A DNA stretch of 64,000 nt from an uncultured candidate division Zixibacteria bacterium. Lineage in GTDB: Bacteria > Zixibacteria > MSB-5A5 > GN15 > PGXB01. Below are positions 29,030 through 38,230 of this stretch, one piece after another; positions within the stretch are counted from its first letter, which is position 1; every line of letters begins with the position of its first letter. The position numbers and the translations under genes are program-made. The stretch is from positions 1,664,001 to 1,728,000 of the forward strand of contig OY969724.1 in the NCBI GenBank assembly GCA_963702205.1. The letters are read 5' to 3'. The notes beneath the pieces are model-generated. The model had not been told where the DNA came from and searched no databases. It was given only the letters and a program-made list of their open reading frames with translations.

Positions 29030-29884
29030 GTGGCTAAACAATCGCTAAAATACCGCGATGAAGACAGATCTTTGGATCTGTACCTCCGCGAAATCGGAGA
29101 AACTCCTCTAATCACGGCAGATGAGGAAGTGCGGCTGGCTAAAAAAATAAAGCAGGGCTCAAAACTGGCCCTGGAAGCATTAACCAAAGCCAATCTGCGC
29201 TTCGTGGTGTCTGTCGCCAAACAGTATCAAAACCAGGGTTTGTCCCTGGCCGATTTGATCAACGAAGGTAACATCGGCCTGATAAAGGCGGCCAAGCGTT
29301 TCGATGAAACGCGCGGATTCAAGTTTATCAGTTATGCCGTATGGTGGATTCGTCAGGCGATATTGCAGGCCCTGGCCGAACAAAGCCGAATTGTCAGACT
29401 GCCGCTCAACCGCGTCGGCACGCTGCACAAGATCGGCAAGATTTCCAGTTCGCTGGAGCAGGGTCTGGGTCGCGAGCCGTCGCCCGATGAAATCGCCCGG
29501 GAGCTTGACCTGTCCGAGGGTGAGGTTTCCGATACCCTCAAGATATCCAACTCGCATTTGTCTCTCGACGCGCCGTTTTCAGTGTCTGAGGACAATTCGC
29601 TGATCGATATTCTCGAAGACGAATATCAACCGGCCCCCGACGAGGAACTGCTGGAGCATTCGCTCAAGCTGGAGATCGAAAAGGCCCTGGATACCCTGAC
29701 GCCGCGCGAAGCCGAAGTTATCAGCCTGTATTTCGGGCTGAACTACGAAAAGGCGCTGACGCTTGAAGAAATCGGAGCCCGTTTTTCGCTCACCCGCGAA
29801 AGGGTCCGGCAAATCAAGGAAAAAGCGATCCGTCGCCTGAGACACGCTTCCCGCAGTCGATCACTTCGGGCTTATCTGAATTAG
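29030..29884 (+). CDS. RpoD/SigA-like sigma-70 factor without region 1.1
   Basis: [37 protein letters not shown] and TRERVRQI motifs; only 284 aa. Confidence 0.93.
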   Translation: MAKQSLKYRDEDRSLDLYLREIGETPLITADEEVRLAKKIKQGSKLALEALTKANLRFVVSVAKQYQNQGLSLADLINEGNIGLIKAAKRFDETRGFKFISYAVWWIRQAILQALAEQSRIVRLPLNRVGTLHKIGKISSSLEQGLGREPSPDEIARELDLSEGEVSDTLKISNSHLSLDAPFSVSEDNSLIDILEDEYQPAPDEELLEHSLKLEIEKALDTLTPREAEVISLYFGLNYEKALTLEEIGARFSLTRERVRQIKEKAIRRLRHASRSRSLRAYLN

Positions 29885-29903
29885 TCGAAAAACAACTTAA
29901 TAG

Positions 29904-29936
29904 AAAAAGCCGCCCAAATCGTCGGGCGGCTTTTTT
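29904..29936. terminator. Bidirectional terminator
   Basis: AAAAAGCCGCCC-loop-GGGCGGCTTTTTT between convergent genes. Confidence 0.85.
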
Positions 29937-29947
29937 GTTTTAATTTA

Positions 29948-32900
29948 TCAGGGCAGCATACCCGACCCGCGTTTTCGATACAGGCAATAGACCAAAGAAA
30001 TCAGCGTAATAAAAATGCCGATGAATGTGATCCTTCGCCCGGTATAGTAATTCGCCGGGATGTCGTGGAAGACGACTTCGCGGGTTCCTTCCGGCACGAC
30101 GATCGCCCGAAATGTACCGTCCGCCCGATATATTTTTGTCTTCGCTCCATCCACGAAGGCGTGCCAGTCGGGGTAATAGTTGTCCGTTAAAATTAACATC
30201 CGATCCTGCTTATTTTGCACGTTGATCGCTATCGAGTCCGGAGAGTAATATGAAATCACCGGATCGGGATCGTTATCAGGAGAAGCCAACGTATCCAGAG
30301 GAGGATTTTCTTCCAGATAGACCTTTTGCCGCAAATCATCGGTCCCGCGCAAAACGCTGTCACGAACTTTTTTGATGTCCGGTATGACTTCGTAACTGGA
30401 AACGAAAAAGGTCCGAGGGTAGGCGTTATTATTGATAAAAACCATGCATCTTCCATGGGGCGTGTCGAAAACCCCGGCGGTATCGAACGGTATCGGTCCC
30501 AGAGTATCGGGTGGAAGCACGCCCCCCGCGGGATATATGATATATTTTCCCCCGACCAGATTAGCGAAGCGGGGATTCATGATCGCTCTGGCTATACCCT
30601 CTCGATTTAATAGATTATAGAACCATTTTAACTCATTGCCGTGGAAGCCATACGGGGTGAATATCCCATATTGGTATAATTGAAAGACACGTTCATTGAG
30701 GGCAAAACCGAATGTCCGGTCAAGGCCGGCGTTTTTTTGAAGGTATTCGGTCATTGAGGTTGGCCCGAATTCTTTCTTCTGATCGATTATATTGACAAAG
30801 CGATCATTAAAATAAATCCCATCCGCCATGATCAATAGCGGAATAACAAACAACAATGATCGCGATGCTCCGGGCTTCATCGAGTAGCGCAGTACCATTC
30901 CGAGCGCCCCGATGAAAGCGAATGCAATTATAAATCCCTTTTTTATTTCAGGCAGGTAATGAATGGCTTTATTCAGTTTTTGCGCTGATGCCGGATTATC
31001 AGCGAGCAAGTCGGGGTAAAATATACGGGCGTACAGGCGGAGCGTTTCCTGTCCCGCCAGTATGTACAGAATTCCCAGTGCGGCGAGCGCAACCAGGATT
31101 ATAATCATCGAATTTTTAATCAATCTCTGTTTCCGGGGCGGGAATAGGCCGGAACCGGTGGCGAGATCATCTGTGAACATGCCGGCCATGAGAGATACCG
31201 CGAAAAGACATATCATCATACTCATGGATGGCCCCCGGAGCATGGACGCAAACGGCATTAACCATAAATAGGCGCGGAATAAAAAAGTTGTATTGCCCAG
31301 TGCGTAAATTGTCGTGATGATGACGATTATTCCCCAGAATTTACTTCCGCTTTTTGACGAGAAGAAAAACGCGAAGGCGGCGAGAATCAATGGAATTATG
31401 CCCAGATATTCGGAATTATCCTTATACGAGTTTCTTCCCCAATAGACCAGCCTCGAATCGAATTTGGACGTCGTTCCCGTGAATTCGGGCACAACCAGAG
31501 AAAATAATTCTTCCTGGTGCAGGGAATAATGGCCGGCCCATTTGATGCCATGGAGACTGTCCGATCGGGGAGAATATTCGGTCGTGTAAATCGTCGCCGG
31601 ATATATTTGTACGGCAGAAATACCGATGCCCACTATAACGGCTGCCATAAACAGGGCCGCAGGCCTTATGGGTTGGCCAAAACCACCGGTCGATTTAAAC
31701 AGTTTTACAAATTTGAAGCATACGAAAAAGAAGGCTGTTATCAAGGCATAATATGACAATTGCGGATGCGGGGCCAAAATGGTGCAGCCGATAACAATGG
31801 CAAGCATCGTAAAGTTGAATATCGGGTTTTTTCGAAATCCCCGATTGATGAAATAAAACATCAGCGGAAACAGCGTCGTTACATAAATTTTGCCGTCGTG
31901 CCCCGGCGCGATCCACGAAATAAGGTAAGCGGAAAACATATATGATATGCCTGAGACGGCCGAAGCGATTTTACCCAACCCAAATTCTCGAGCCGTAACA
32001 TACATGAAAATACCCGAGAAATATATGTGCAGGATAAATGTAACGCCGAGCATGCGGTATGGATCACCGATAAATTTCAATACCGAAAATGGGTAAAATA
32101 TATTGCCACTGATAGCGTCAATGAACGGCAATCCACAATATATGTATGGATTCCAGACAGGGACTTTGGAATATTCACGGATACTGTTTAGCAAAAATGA
32201 CTGGAAAAAGCCGCCGAATTGCATAGTATCCCCGCCATAGAGCATCCAATCGGTGAAAATGAACTTTCGGAATAAAATTATGATGCCGATTAGAATAAAG
32301 CCGGCATACAAGATAAAAAAGTAGCGGGATTGTTCGATATTTTTCGGATTCAAAGCCCCCGCGAATTTTCCAAATTTCTCTGCAGCGGCCGATAGTATTT
32401 TTTTGCACGGGTTTATCAGGGGCTTTACGAATCCGCCAATGTGAAATAGTACAAGACCCGTCAATATGGGCCACGCCATTTGGGCCGGGAAAAAAAGACG
32501 CGATCCCTGCCATCTCGTAAAGCCGATCATGAGCGCATAATAAACAAAAACGAAACCGAGGACAATTAGTGGCTGGAAACGCCGAGTGGCGGCGAGGACC
32601 ACCAGTCCAATCAAAGAGAAAATAAACACCGCATATTGCAGATTGTTATCGTTAATCCTGTGTTCCCAGCGAATCGTGGTCGGGTTGCTCTGTTGCAGTA
32701 TCAGGCGGTGCATATAATCTATGGCCGTCAGGTTAGTCCAGACCAGATCAAAATACGTTTTTATCATTTCATAGGGATACCGTTTGAACGTCTGCCGGGC
32801 TTTTTCAAGATTCATCCGGAAATAATCTTCCTGCGTGAATTCGGTCAAACCATGTTCTTTCTTGTAGCTTTTGATCCAGTCGCCGACTATTTCCGCCTGT

Positions 32901-33769
32901 TTTCGATTTTCAAGCCTTTCCAGGGTGAACGAGGCGACATTGGCGGCGCCGCCGGAACTTGTGAAGGCGAGCGTCGGGATGTCATGAACGACGTAATTTC
33001 TGACGACCCATACGGAAACCAGGGCATAGGCAATCAGGGCGGTAGTCAGAGCCTTTGCGATCAACGATTTGAATTTGGTCCGGCGCGATTTGTCCGCCAG
33101 GATATTGTACAAAATCGCTATTATTGCGGCTGCGAGCGGCCAAAATTGTCCGATAGATCTCATCAAGGCGCTGACGCCGAAAATTATCCCGGCGGTGATG
33201 TAGAATTTCCATCGGCCACTTTGAAGTCCCCTGACAAACAAAATGAGCCCCCAAAGTGAAAGAAATAAATACACAGTATCGGACAAAATCGGGATACTCA
33301 GCATGATTGACGTCGGTGAAATGGCGACAATAAAAGCGGCGATAAGCCCCGTCGTTTTGGATTTAAAAAGCAGTTCAGCCAGACGGTAAATCAATACGAC
33401 ACTCAGGGACGATAATAAGACGTTGAATAATATAATCCCCAGAAGACTCTTTCCGAAAACGATGAGATTCAAAGCGAGATAGTATGCATAGCCGGGTCCG
33501 AAAGTGAAAAAGCCCTTTTCATACTGATCGGTCCCGTTGAGGACGTCCCTCGCCATATTCATGTACATGATCGAATCGGGCGAACATTCGTGTATTTTAA
33601 CGACGCCGATCTGTTCGATGCTTAGAATCAAAATGATTAGTCTTAAGATCAGCGCCAAGCTGAATATGAATAGAATTGCCCGGTGGTTTCTAAGGGCCTT
33701 ACTTATGTTGATTCCAAGAGACGGCAGCTTTGAACAAAGGCGTTGAATATAGTTCTTTTTTAATACCAT
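29948..33769 (-). CDS. Fused GT-C membrane protein: ArnT/PMT-like N-half plus YfhO-like C-half
   Basis: N-half has DS..Y, GPGY and LSDT with many TMs. C-half has PVWNPYIYCGLP, WIAPGHDGK and LILTDNYYPDWHAFVDG...RADGTFRAI. Confidence 0.78.
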   Translation of the reverse strand: MVLKKNYIQRLCSKLPSLGINISKALRNHRAILFIFSLALILRLIILILSIEQIGVVKIHECSPDSIMYMNMARDVLNGTDQYEKGFFTFGPGYAYYLALNLIVFGKSLLGIILFNVLLSSLSVVLIYRLAELLFKSKTTGLIAAFIVAISPTSIMLSIPILSDTVYLFLSLWGLILFVRGLQSGRWKFYITAGIIFGVSALMRSIGQFWPLAAAIIAILYNILADKSRRTKFKSLIAKALTTALIAYALVSVWVVRNYVVHDIPTLAFTSSGGAANVASFTLERLENRKQAEIVGDWIKSYKKEHGLTEFTQEDYFRMNLEKARQTFKRYPYEMIKTYFDLVWTNLTAIDYMHRLILQQSNPTTIRWEHRINDNNLQYAVFIFSLIGLVVLAATRRFQPLIVLGFVFVYYALMIGFTRWQGSRLFFPAQMAWPILTGLVLFHIGGFVKPLINPCKKILSAAAEKFGKFAGALNPKNIEQSRYFFILYAGFILIGIIILFRKFIFTDWMLYGGDTMQFGGFFQSFLLNSIREYSKVPVWNPYIYCGLPFIDAISGNIFYPFSVLKFIGDPYRMLGVTFILHIYFSGIFMYVTAREFGLGKIASAVSGISYMFSAYLISWIAPGHDGKIYVTTLFPLMFYFINRGFRKNPIFNFTMLAIVIGCTILAPHPQLSYYALITAFFFVCFKFVKLFKSTGGFGQPIRPAALFMAAVIVGIGISAVQIYPATIYTTEYSPRSDSLHGIKWAGHYSLHQEELFSLVVPEFTGTTSKFDSRLVYWGRNSYKDNSEYLGIIPLILAAFAFFFSSKSGSKFWGIIVIITTIYALGNTTFLFRAYLWLMPFASMLRGPSMSMMICLFAVSLMAGMFTDDLATGSGLFPPRKQRLIKNSMIIILVALAALGILYILAGQETLRLYARIFYPDLLADNPASAQKLNKAIHYLPEIKKGFIIAFAFIGALGMVLRYSMKPGASRSLLFVIPLLIMADGIYFNDRFVNIIDQKKEFGPTSMTEYLQKNAGLDRTFGFALNERVFQLYQYGIFTPYGFHGNELKWFYNLLNREGIARAIMNPRFANLVGGKYIIYPAGGVLPPDTLGPIPFDTAGVFDTPHGRCMVFINNNAYPRTFFVSSYEVIPDIKKVRDSVLRGTDDLRQKVYLEENPPLDTLASPDNDPDPVISYYSPDSIAINVQNKQDRMLILTDNYYPDWHAFVDGAKTKIYRADGTFRAIVVPEGTREVVFHDIPANYYTGRRITFIGIFITLISLVYCLYRKRGSGMLP

Positions 33770-33902
33770 TAAATTAACGTCCCTCGATCGTCAATTCGGG
33801 AAAACCTTCAAGATCTCCATCAGGTCTGAAATTATAAAATTTACGATTCGATCACAATATTTATTAAATGCATTCGTCCGGGAAAATTAATATAATCATG
33901 AC

Positions 33903-35156
33903 ATGAAGCAAGTATTACCGTCGGGAATCAACTTCCGACTACTCGGATATATTTTCATGGCGGCACTGATTCTCAGATTGCTGTTTTTGATATATTTGGG
34001 GCACGGAGAAGTCGGGGGAATTGCCGCGTCGCTATCGCCGGATTCGGCCAACTATATTCATGCCGCCGATCAAATAAGGAACGATTTTGATCTGGATACA
34101 AAGGGTGTCATCATATTCGGGCCGGGCTATCCCGCGTTTCTGGCTCTGGCCGGTGATATTTTTGGCTCGGGTGCGGTTGCGCTGACAATTGCTCAGACAT
34201 TTTTCGGGGCCGGGGTGTCGGTTTTATTGGTGATCTTTATTTTCCTGCTATGGCGGCGGCCAGATGTCGCTATTGTCGGCGGTGTCTTGAATGCAATATC
34301 TCCCTCCGCGATCAGATTGTCCGGTTCAATATTATCGGAGACGATATTTATTTTCGCTCTGTTACTCGGTTTGATATTAATTTTAAAGGGTCTGGAAAAA
34401 GATAATTTGACCTTATTTATGGCTTCGGGATTTGTTTTGTCGTACGCGGCCTTTTGCAGAGGGGTCATGCAATATTTCCCATTGTTGCTGGTTTTGTATC
34501 TGGTCTTTGAAAGACCAAATGTGGGGAAAATGACTCGATCTGTTTCAAAATCTGTCGGTCTGCGACCGTTTGTAGCCATAGCCATTCTTTTATTCGGGAT
34601 CGTAGGGTGGACAATACACAATCAGCAAACTTATGGTTTCGGATACCTTTCATTTGCCGGGCCGACCACGCTGTATAGAACGACCGCTCAGATAAACGCC
34701 AGGGCTCAAGGGATAAGCTATCGGGAAGGCCTGGACCAAATGAACCAAAAGCTTATGGCCCGTCCGGATTACAAGTCCGAGTATTATCGCGCATATTATG
34801 AATTCGTAAAAAACGAATTTCCGAAAGCCGTCCTAAATCACCCCCTGACAACGGCCAAACTTGTTGCTGCTGGTTTGATACGACCGATACCATTCATTAA
34901 GGCGATTCCGATCCTTGCGATAGGTGTTTGGGGGATGCTGTTAATTTGGCGTCGGAAGGAATACGCCGGCCTTTTCCTGTTGCTGGCTTTGGCAGCATAC
35001 TTTTTTGCCGCATCCCGCTTCATCCTGTCCCAGGGTTACCGGGCAGACTATCCGGCTGAAGTCTTCTGGACCGCCTTTGTCGCCCGGGGGGTTATCGACA
35101 TATTCGCGCGCATCAGGGAACGTTTCATGGCTCTGAAATATTGGCCCGTTGTCTGA
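33903..35156 (+). CDS. ArnT/PMT-like (GT39/GT83-type) membrane glycosyltransferase
   Basis: SPDSANY, FGPGYPAFLA and ILSET motifs; paralogous to the N-half of the divergent gene. Confidence 0.78.
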   Translation: MKQVLPSGINFRLLGYIFMAALILRLLFLIYLGHGEVGGIAASLSPDSANYIHAADQIRNDFDLDTKGVIIFGPGYPAFLALAGDIFGSGAVALTIAQTFFGAGVSVLLVIFIFLLWRRPDVAIVGGVLNAISPSAIRLSGSILSETIFIFALLLGLILILKGLEKDNLTLFMASGFVLSYAAFCRGVMQYFPLLLVLYLVFERPNVGKMTRSVSKSVGLRPFVAIAILLFGIVGWTIHNQQTYGFGYLSFAGPTTLYRTTAQINARAQGISYREGLDQMNQKLMARPDYKSEYYRAYYEFVKNEFPKAVLNHPLTTAKLVAAGLIRPIPFIKAIPILAIGVWGMLLIWRRKEYAGLFLLLALAAYFFAASRFILSQGYRADYPAEVFWTAFVARGVIDIFARIRERFMALKYWPVV

Positions 35157-35237
35157 TTATCCGCAAACCGATATTCTCCTTATAAAAAACTATTGCCGAG
35201 GGGCGATTTATTTATATATTAAAGCCGCTTTATAAAT

Positions 35238-35321
35238 GCCGAAGTGGTGGAATTGGTAGACACGCTGTGTTCAGGGCGCAGTGCTCGAATGGGCATGGGG
35301 GTTCAAATCCCCCCTTCGGCA
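35238..35321 (+). tRNA. tRNA-Leu(CAG)
   Basis: Acceptor stem GCCGAAG/CTTCGGC, D-loop GGAATTGGTAGAC, anticodon arm CTGTG-TTCAGGG-CGCAG, long variable arm, GGTTCAAATCC T-arm. CCA is not encoded. Confidence 0.95.
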
Positions 35322-35430
35322 TTAATTGCAGTCGCAAAAGCCGAAACTCCCAGCCTAAATTTGGTCAGTATGTCGGGCGAATTATTTTTAAAGTTGATCA
35401 ATCTGTTCGAGACGGATAGAATATTATCCA

Positions 35431-35536
35431 GTAATCCCGACATAGAATGTCGGGCTACCAGCCCAAATGGATTACTTGCTTGAGATGGATTATGACAGCG
35501 TTATACAACGTAGCACACCCTAAAAGGGTGTGTTAC
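35431..35536. repeat. Two REP-like hairpins
   Basis: GTAATCCCGACATAGAATGTCGGGCTAC (35431-35458) and GTAGCACACCCTAAAAGGGTGTGTTAC (35510-35536). Confidence 0.55.
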
Positions 35537-35883
35537 CAGTTTTATATAACATTGGTATAAAGGCTATAATTATATTGAGGCGGAATGTATATTGTATAAA
35601 GGCTAAACAACGATATGAAACAAGCTTCCGGTATAAAGTGTGACAAATGCAATAAAATGATATTAATCCGCTATCTTGAAGCCGGGGATAGGATTAAATG
35701 TCCCCATTGCGGTTATCATATGACGATTCCCCCGGAATTCAAACCAGTCAAAAAGGAAATTGAGCCCAATTATTCTTCTCCTGGGTCGTGGAAACCGCCG
35801 GCATATAAGGAAAAGAAACCAGGAAATTCGCGGCGGAACGGACCCTTGAGCAGAGAAGAACAGCAGGCTATCTATGATAAATA

Positions 35884-37201
35884 GGGAGTGTACGGAATTT
35901 TGTGTAAGCGGCCGGTTCATGTGTTTTCGATCCTTCCCTCGAAGACGATGCAGAAGTGATTAAGGGCCGCCACCCAGTCCTTGATCGGACGCTTCCATTT
36001 TTTCGAGATTCTTTGTATCGCCAGGTAGATCACCTTTCTGACTGATTCCACCGTCGGGAACGAGCCGCGATTCCGCGTCACCTTGCGCAACTGAGCATTC
36101 ATCGACTCGATGGCGTTGGTCGTATAGATAACCTTTCGAATCTCTTTGGGGTAGCTAAAAAACGGGATGATGTTCATCCAGCAGGACCGCCATGAGCGGG
36201 CGATCTGCGGGAAACGGTCCCGGTATGTGGCCTCGAACGCCGTCAGGGCCTGCTCGGCGGCTTCTTCGTTGGGCGCCGAGTAGATCGTCTTGAGATCGGC
36301 CGCGACCGCCTTGCGCTCTTTCCAACCGACATACTTCAGCGAGTTGCGCACCATGTGCACGAGACATAACTGCACCTGGGTCTGCGGAAAGGCCGTCTCA
36401 ATCGCATCAGGGAACCCCGTCAGACCATCGACACAGGCAATCAGGATGTCCCGAACGCCCCGGTTCTTAAGCTCCGTCAGCACCGACAGCCAGAACTTCG
36501 AACCCTCCTGATCGCCGACCCACAAACCCAAGAGTTCCTTGTAACCCTCCGGCGTGATCCCCAAGGCCAAATAGACCGCCTGGTTTTTGACCTGGCCGCT
36601 CTGACGAAGCTTCAGGTGGATGGCGTCCAGATAGACGATCGGGTAGACCGCCTCCAGCGGCCGACTCTGCCACACCGTCACCTCCTGAAGCACGGCGTCC
36701 GTCACCGCCGAAATCAAGGCCGGGGAAACCTCCGACTGGTACATCTCCTCAAGATGACCCTGGATATCCCGCGTCGTCAAACCCCGAGCGTACAGCGCCA
36801 ACACCTTGTCGTCGAAACCGGGCAGGCGCCGCTGGTGCTTTTTAACCAACTGCGGCTCGAACTCGCCGTTCCGGTCCCGCGGAATCTCCAGCGTAACATC
36901 TGCCGACCCGGTCTTGACCGTCTTGCTGGTTTTGCCGTTGCGAGAGTTGCCGCTGTTTTTGCCTTCGGGAGCATTGGGCGGATAGCCCAAGTGATGCGTC
37001 ATCTCACCTGCGAGGGCGCGCTCATACACCCGTTTCGTGAGCGCCTGCAGAAGACCGCCCTCACCCACTATCTCTTCCGGCGTCTTGCCGGCGATCATCT
37101 CGTCGATCAGTTTGTCAGCTTCGTCACGTTTCTTGGCCATGATATACCTCCTTCAACTATATATACGTCATGGCCACTTACACAAAAATATTTACACGCG
37201 C
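35884..37201 (-). mobile_element. IS256-family insertion sequence
   Basis: Imperfect 30-bp TIRs (GGGAGTGTACGGAATTTTGTGTAAGCGGCC vs GCGCGTGTAAATATTTTTGTGTAAGTGGCC) and 8-bp target duplication GATAAATA at 35876-35883 and 37202-37209. Confidence 0.95.
35917..37140 (-). CDS. IS256-family transposase
   Basis: NSRNG, PRDRNGEFEP, VYLDA, CVDGLTG, CLVH and IYTTNAIES motifs. Confidence 0.97.
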   Translation of the reverse strand: MAKKRDEADKLIDEMIAGKTPEEIVGEGGLLQALTKRVYERALAGEMTHHLGYPPNAPEGKNSGNSRNGKTSKTVKTGSADVTLEIPRDRNGEFEPQLVKKHQRRLPGFDDKVLALYARGLTTRDIQGHLEEMYQSEVSPALISAVTDAVLQEVTVWQSRPLEAVYPIVYLDAIHLKLRQSGQVKNQAVYLALGITPEGYKELLGLWVGDQEGSKFWLSVLTELKNRGVRDILIACVDGLTGFPDAIETAFPQTQVQLCLVHMVRNSLKYVGWKERKAVAADLKTIYSAPNEEAAEQALTAFEATYRDRFPQIARSWRSCWMNIIPFFSYPKEIRKVIYTTNAIESMNAQLRKVTRNRGSFPTVESVRKVIYLAIQRISKKWKRPIKDWVAALNHFCIVFEGRIENT

Positions 37202-37631
37202 GATAAATATTGGCCCATAGTGATTTCCCTTTTAACATATTTCCTAATAATCGCGTATTTGGCTTTCAGGAATCAATTCGAAGGAATGCCTCCATTTATG
37301 CATGCTTTTATATCCTCATATATTTTTCAGCTTTATTTATTGCAATTACTTGGCTTTGGAGCATTCTTTTTGGCAATCATAGTCGGGATTATTGCGTCCC
37401 TTGAAATATCCGAGAAATGGTGGTGGGCCTTTTTGCCAAATTATAAATACATTTTATTTAGAGCAAGATACCTAAAGCCCTTTTTAATATTATTAATGGT
37501 AATTATAATCACTGAAGGTATGATATTTATTTATAAGGTTGTTTCTTAATTTTGTTAAAATAATGTATTGGTGCAATTGAAAACTCTATCAGGGCTACAC
37601 GGCACCCTACTTATAATTGCCGGAAAAGGAA

Positions 37632-37970
37632 ATGTCAACTATTGATCAAAAGGAATACAAGATAAAACTAATTGGCCTCGCAGGGTTCTATGCCTTCGGG
37701 TATATTAGTATTTTCGTTTTCGTAAAGTACTTAATTAATGTAAATCTTATATATGCATATGTAACCCCTTGGCTGTTTTTGACCATTCCCATTTGTGGAT
37801 TTATCATAATCATGGTATGGAAACTGTTTGACATCTCCAATGTTTATCGCAAAGCCGCCATGATATTATTCGTATTATCCGTTATGACATTCAGCATTAT
37901 ATTTTACACACAGATCAATAATGTGTATCCAACTTTTAGAAAATTGCGAAATGTCATTAACAATGAATAG
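37632..37970 (+). CDS. Hypothetical membrane protein
   Basis: AT-rich ORF with about 3 TM segments; AAGGA precedes the ATG. Confidence 0.55.
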   Translation: MSTIDQKEYKIKLIGLAGFYAFGYISIFVFVKYLINVNLIYAYVTPWLFLTIPICGFIIIMVWKLFDISNVYRKAAMILFVLSVMTFSIIFYTQINNVYPTFRKLRNVINNE

Positions 37971-38230
37971 GTAATATTTTCAGTCTATATTATTCACAAA
38001 TATTCTAACGGATTTCTAACGGTTTCACTTGATTCTACTTAACGGAAGTTAACGGAACTCAACGCAACTTGACGCTGCTTAACTATTGAATTTTCAGCCA
38101 ATTAAGGTTATTTTGAAGCTGCTTAATAGGTTGCGAAGGTTGGGGCCTCGCGAATCCCCCCTTCGGCATTTTTTCATGAAGTAATATACCAGGATAATTT
38201 AAAAAATGGTTTCACGAAGCAGCTTTTGCT

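Larger units (their letters stand above)
35615..37549 (+). pseudogene. Zinc-ribbon membrane protein interrupted by IS256
   Basis: Removing the IS and one GATAAATA copy joins MKQASGIKCDKC...CPHC...AIYDK to YWPIVISLL...KVVS in frame (about 202 aa). Confidence 0.85.
35324..38170. mobile_element. Degenerate genomic island integrated at tRNA-Leu
   Basis: 18-bp direct repeat AATCCCCCCTTCGGCATT at 35306-35323 (tRNA 3' end) and 38153-38170. AT-rich cargo, no integrase. Confidence 0.8.

Noticed and set aside
35330..35385. Possible c-di-GMP riboswitch (GCAAAAGCCGAAA...)
   Set aside because: Only a superficial motif; the paired two-hairpin architecture could not be built.
35244..35483. 79-aa ORF
   Set aside because: It overlaps the tRNA-Leu gene and is spurious.
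37037..37549. 170-aa ORF as an independent gene
   Set aside because: Its 5' part is IS256 sequence and its 3' part is the tail of the interrupted 35615 gene.
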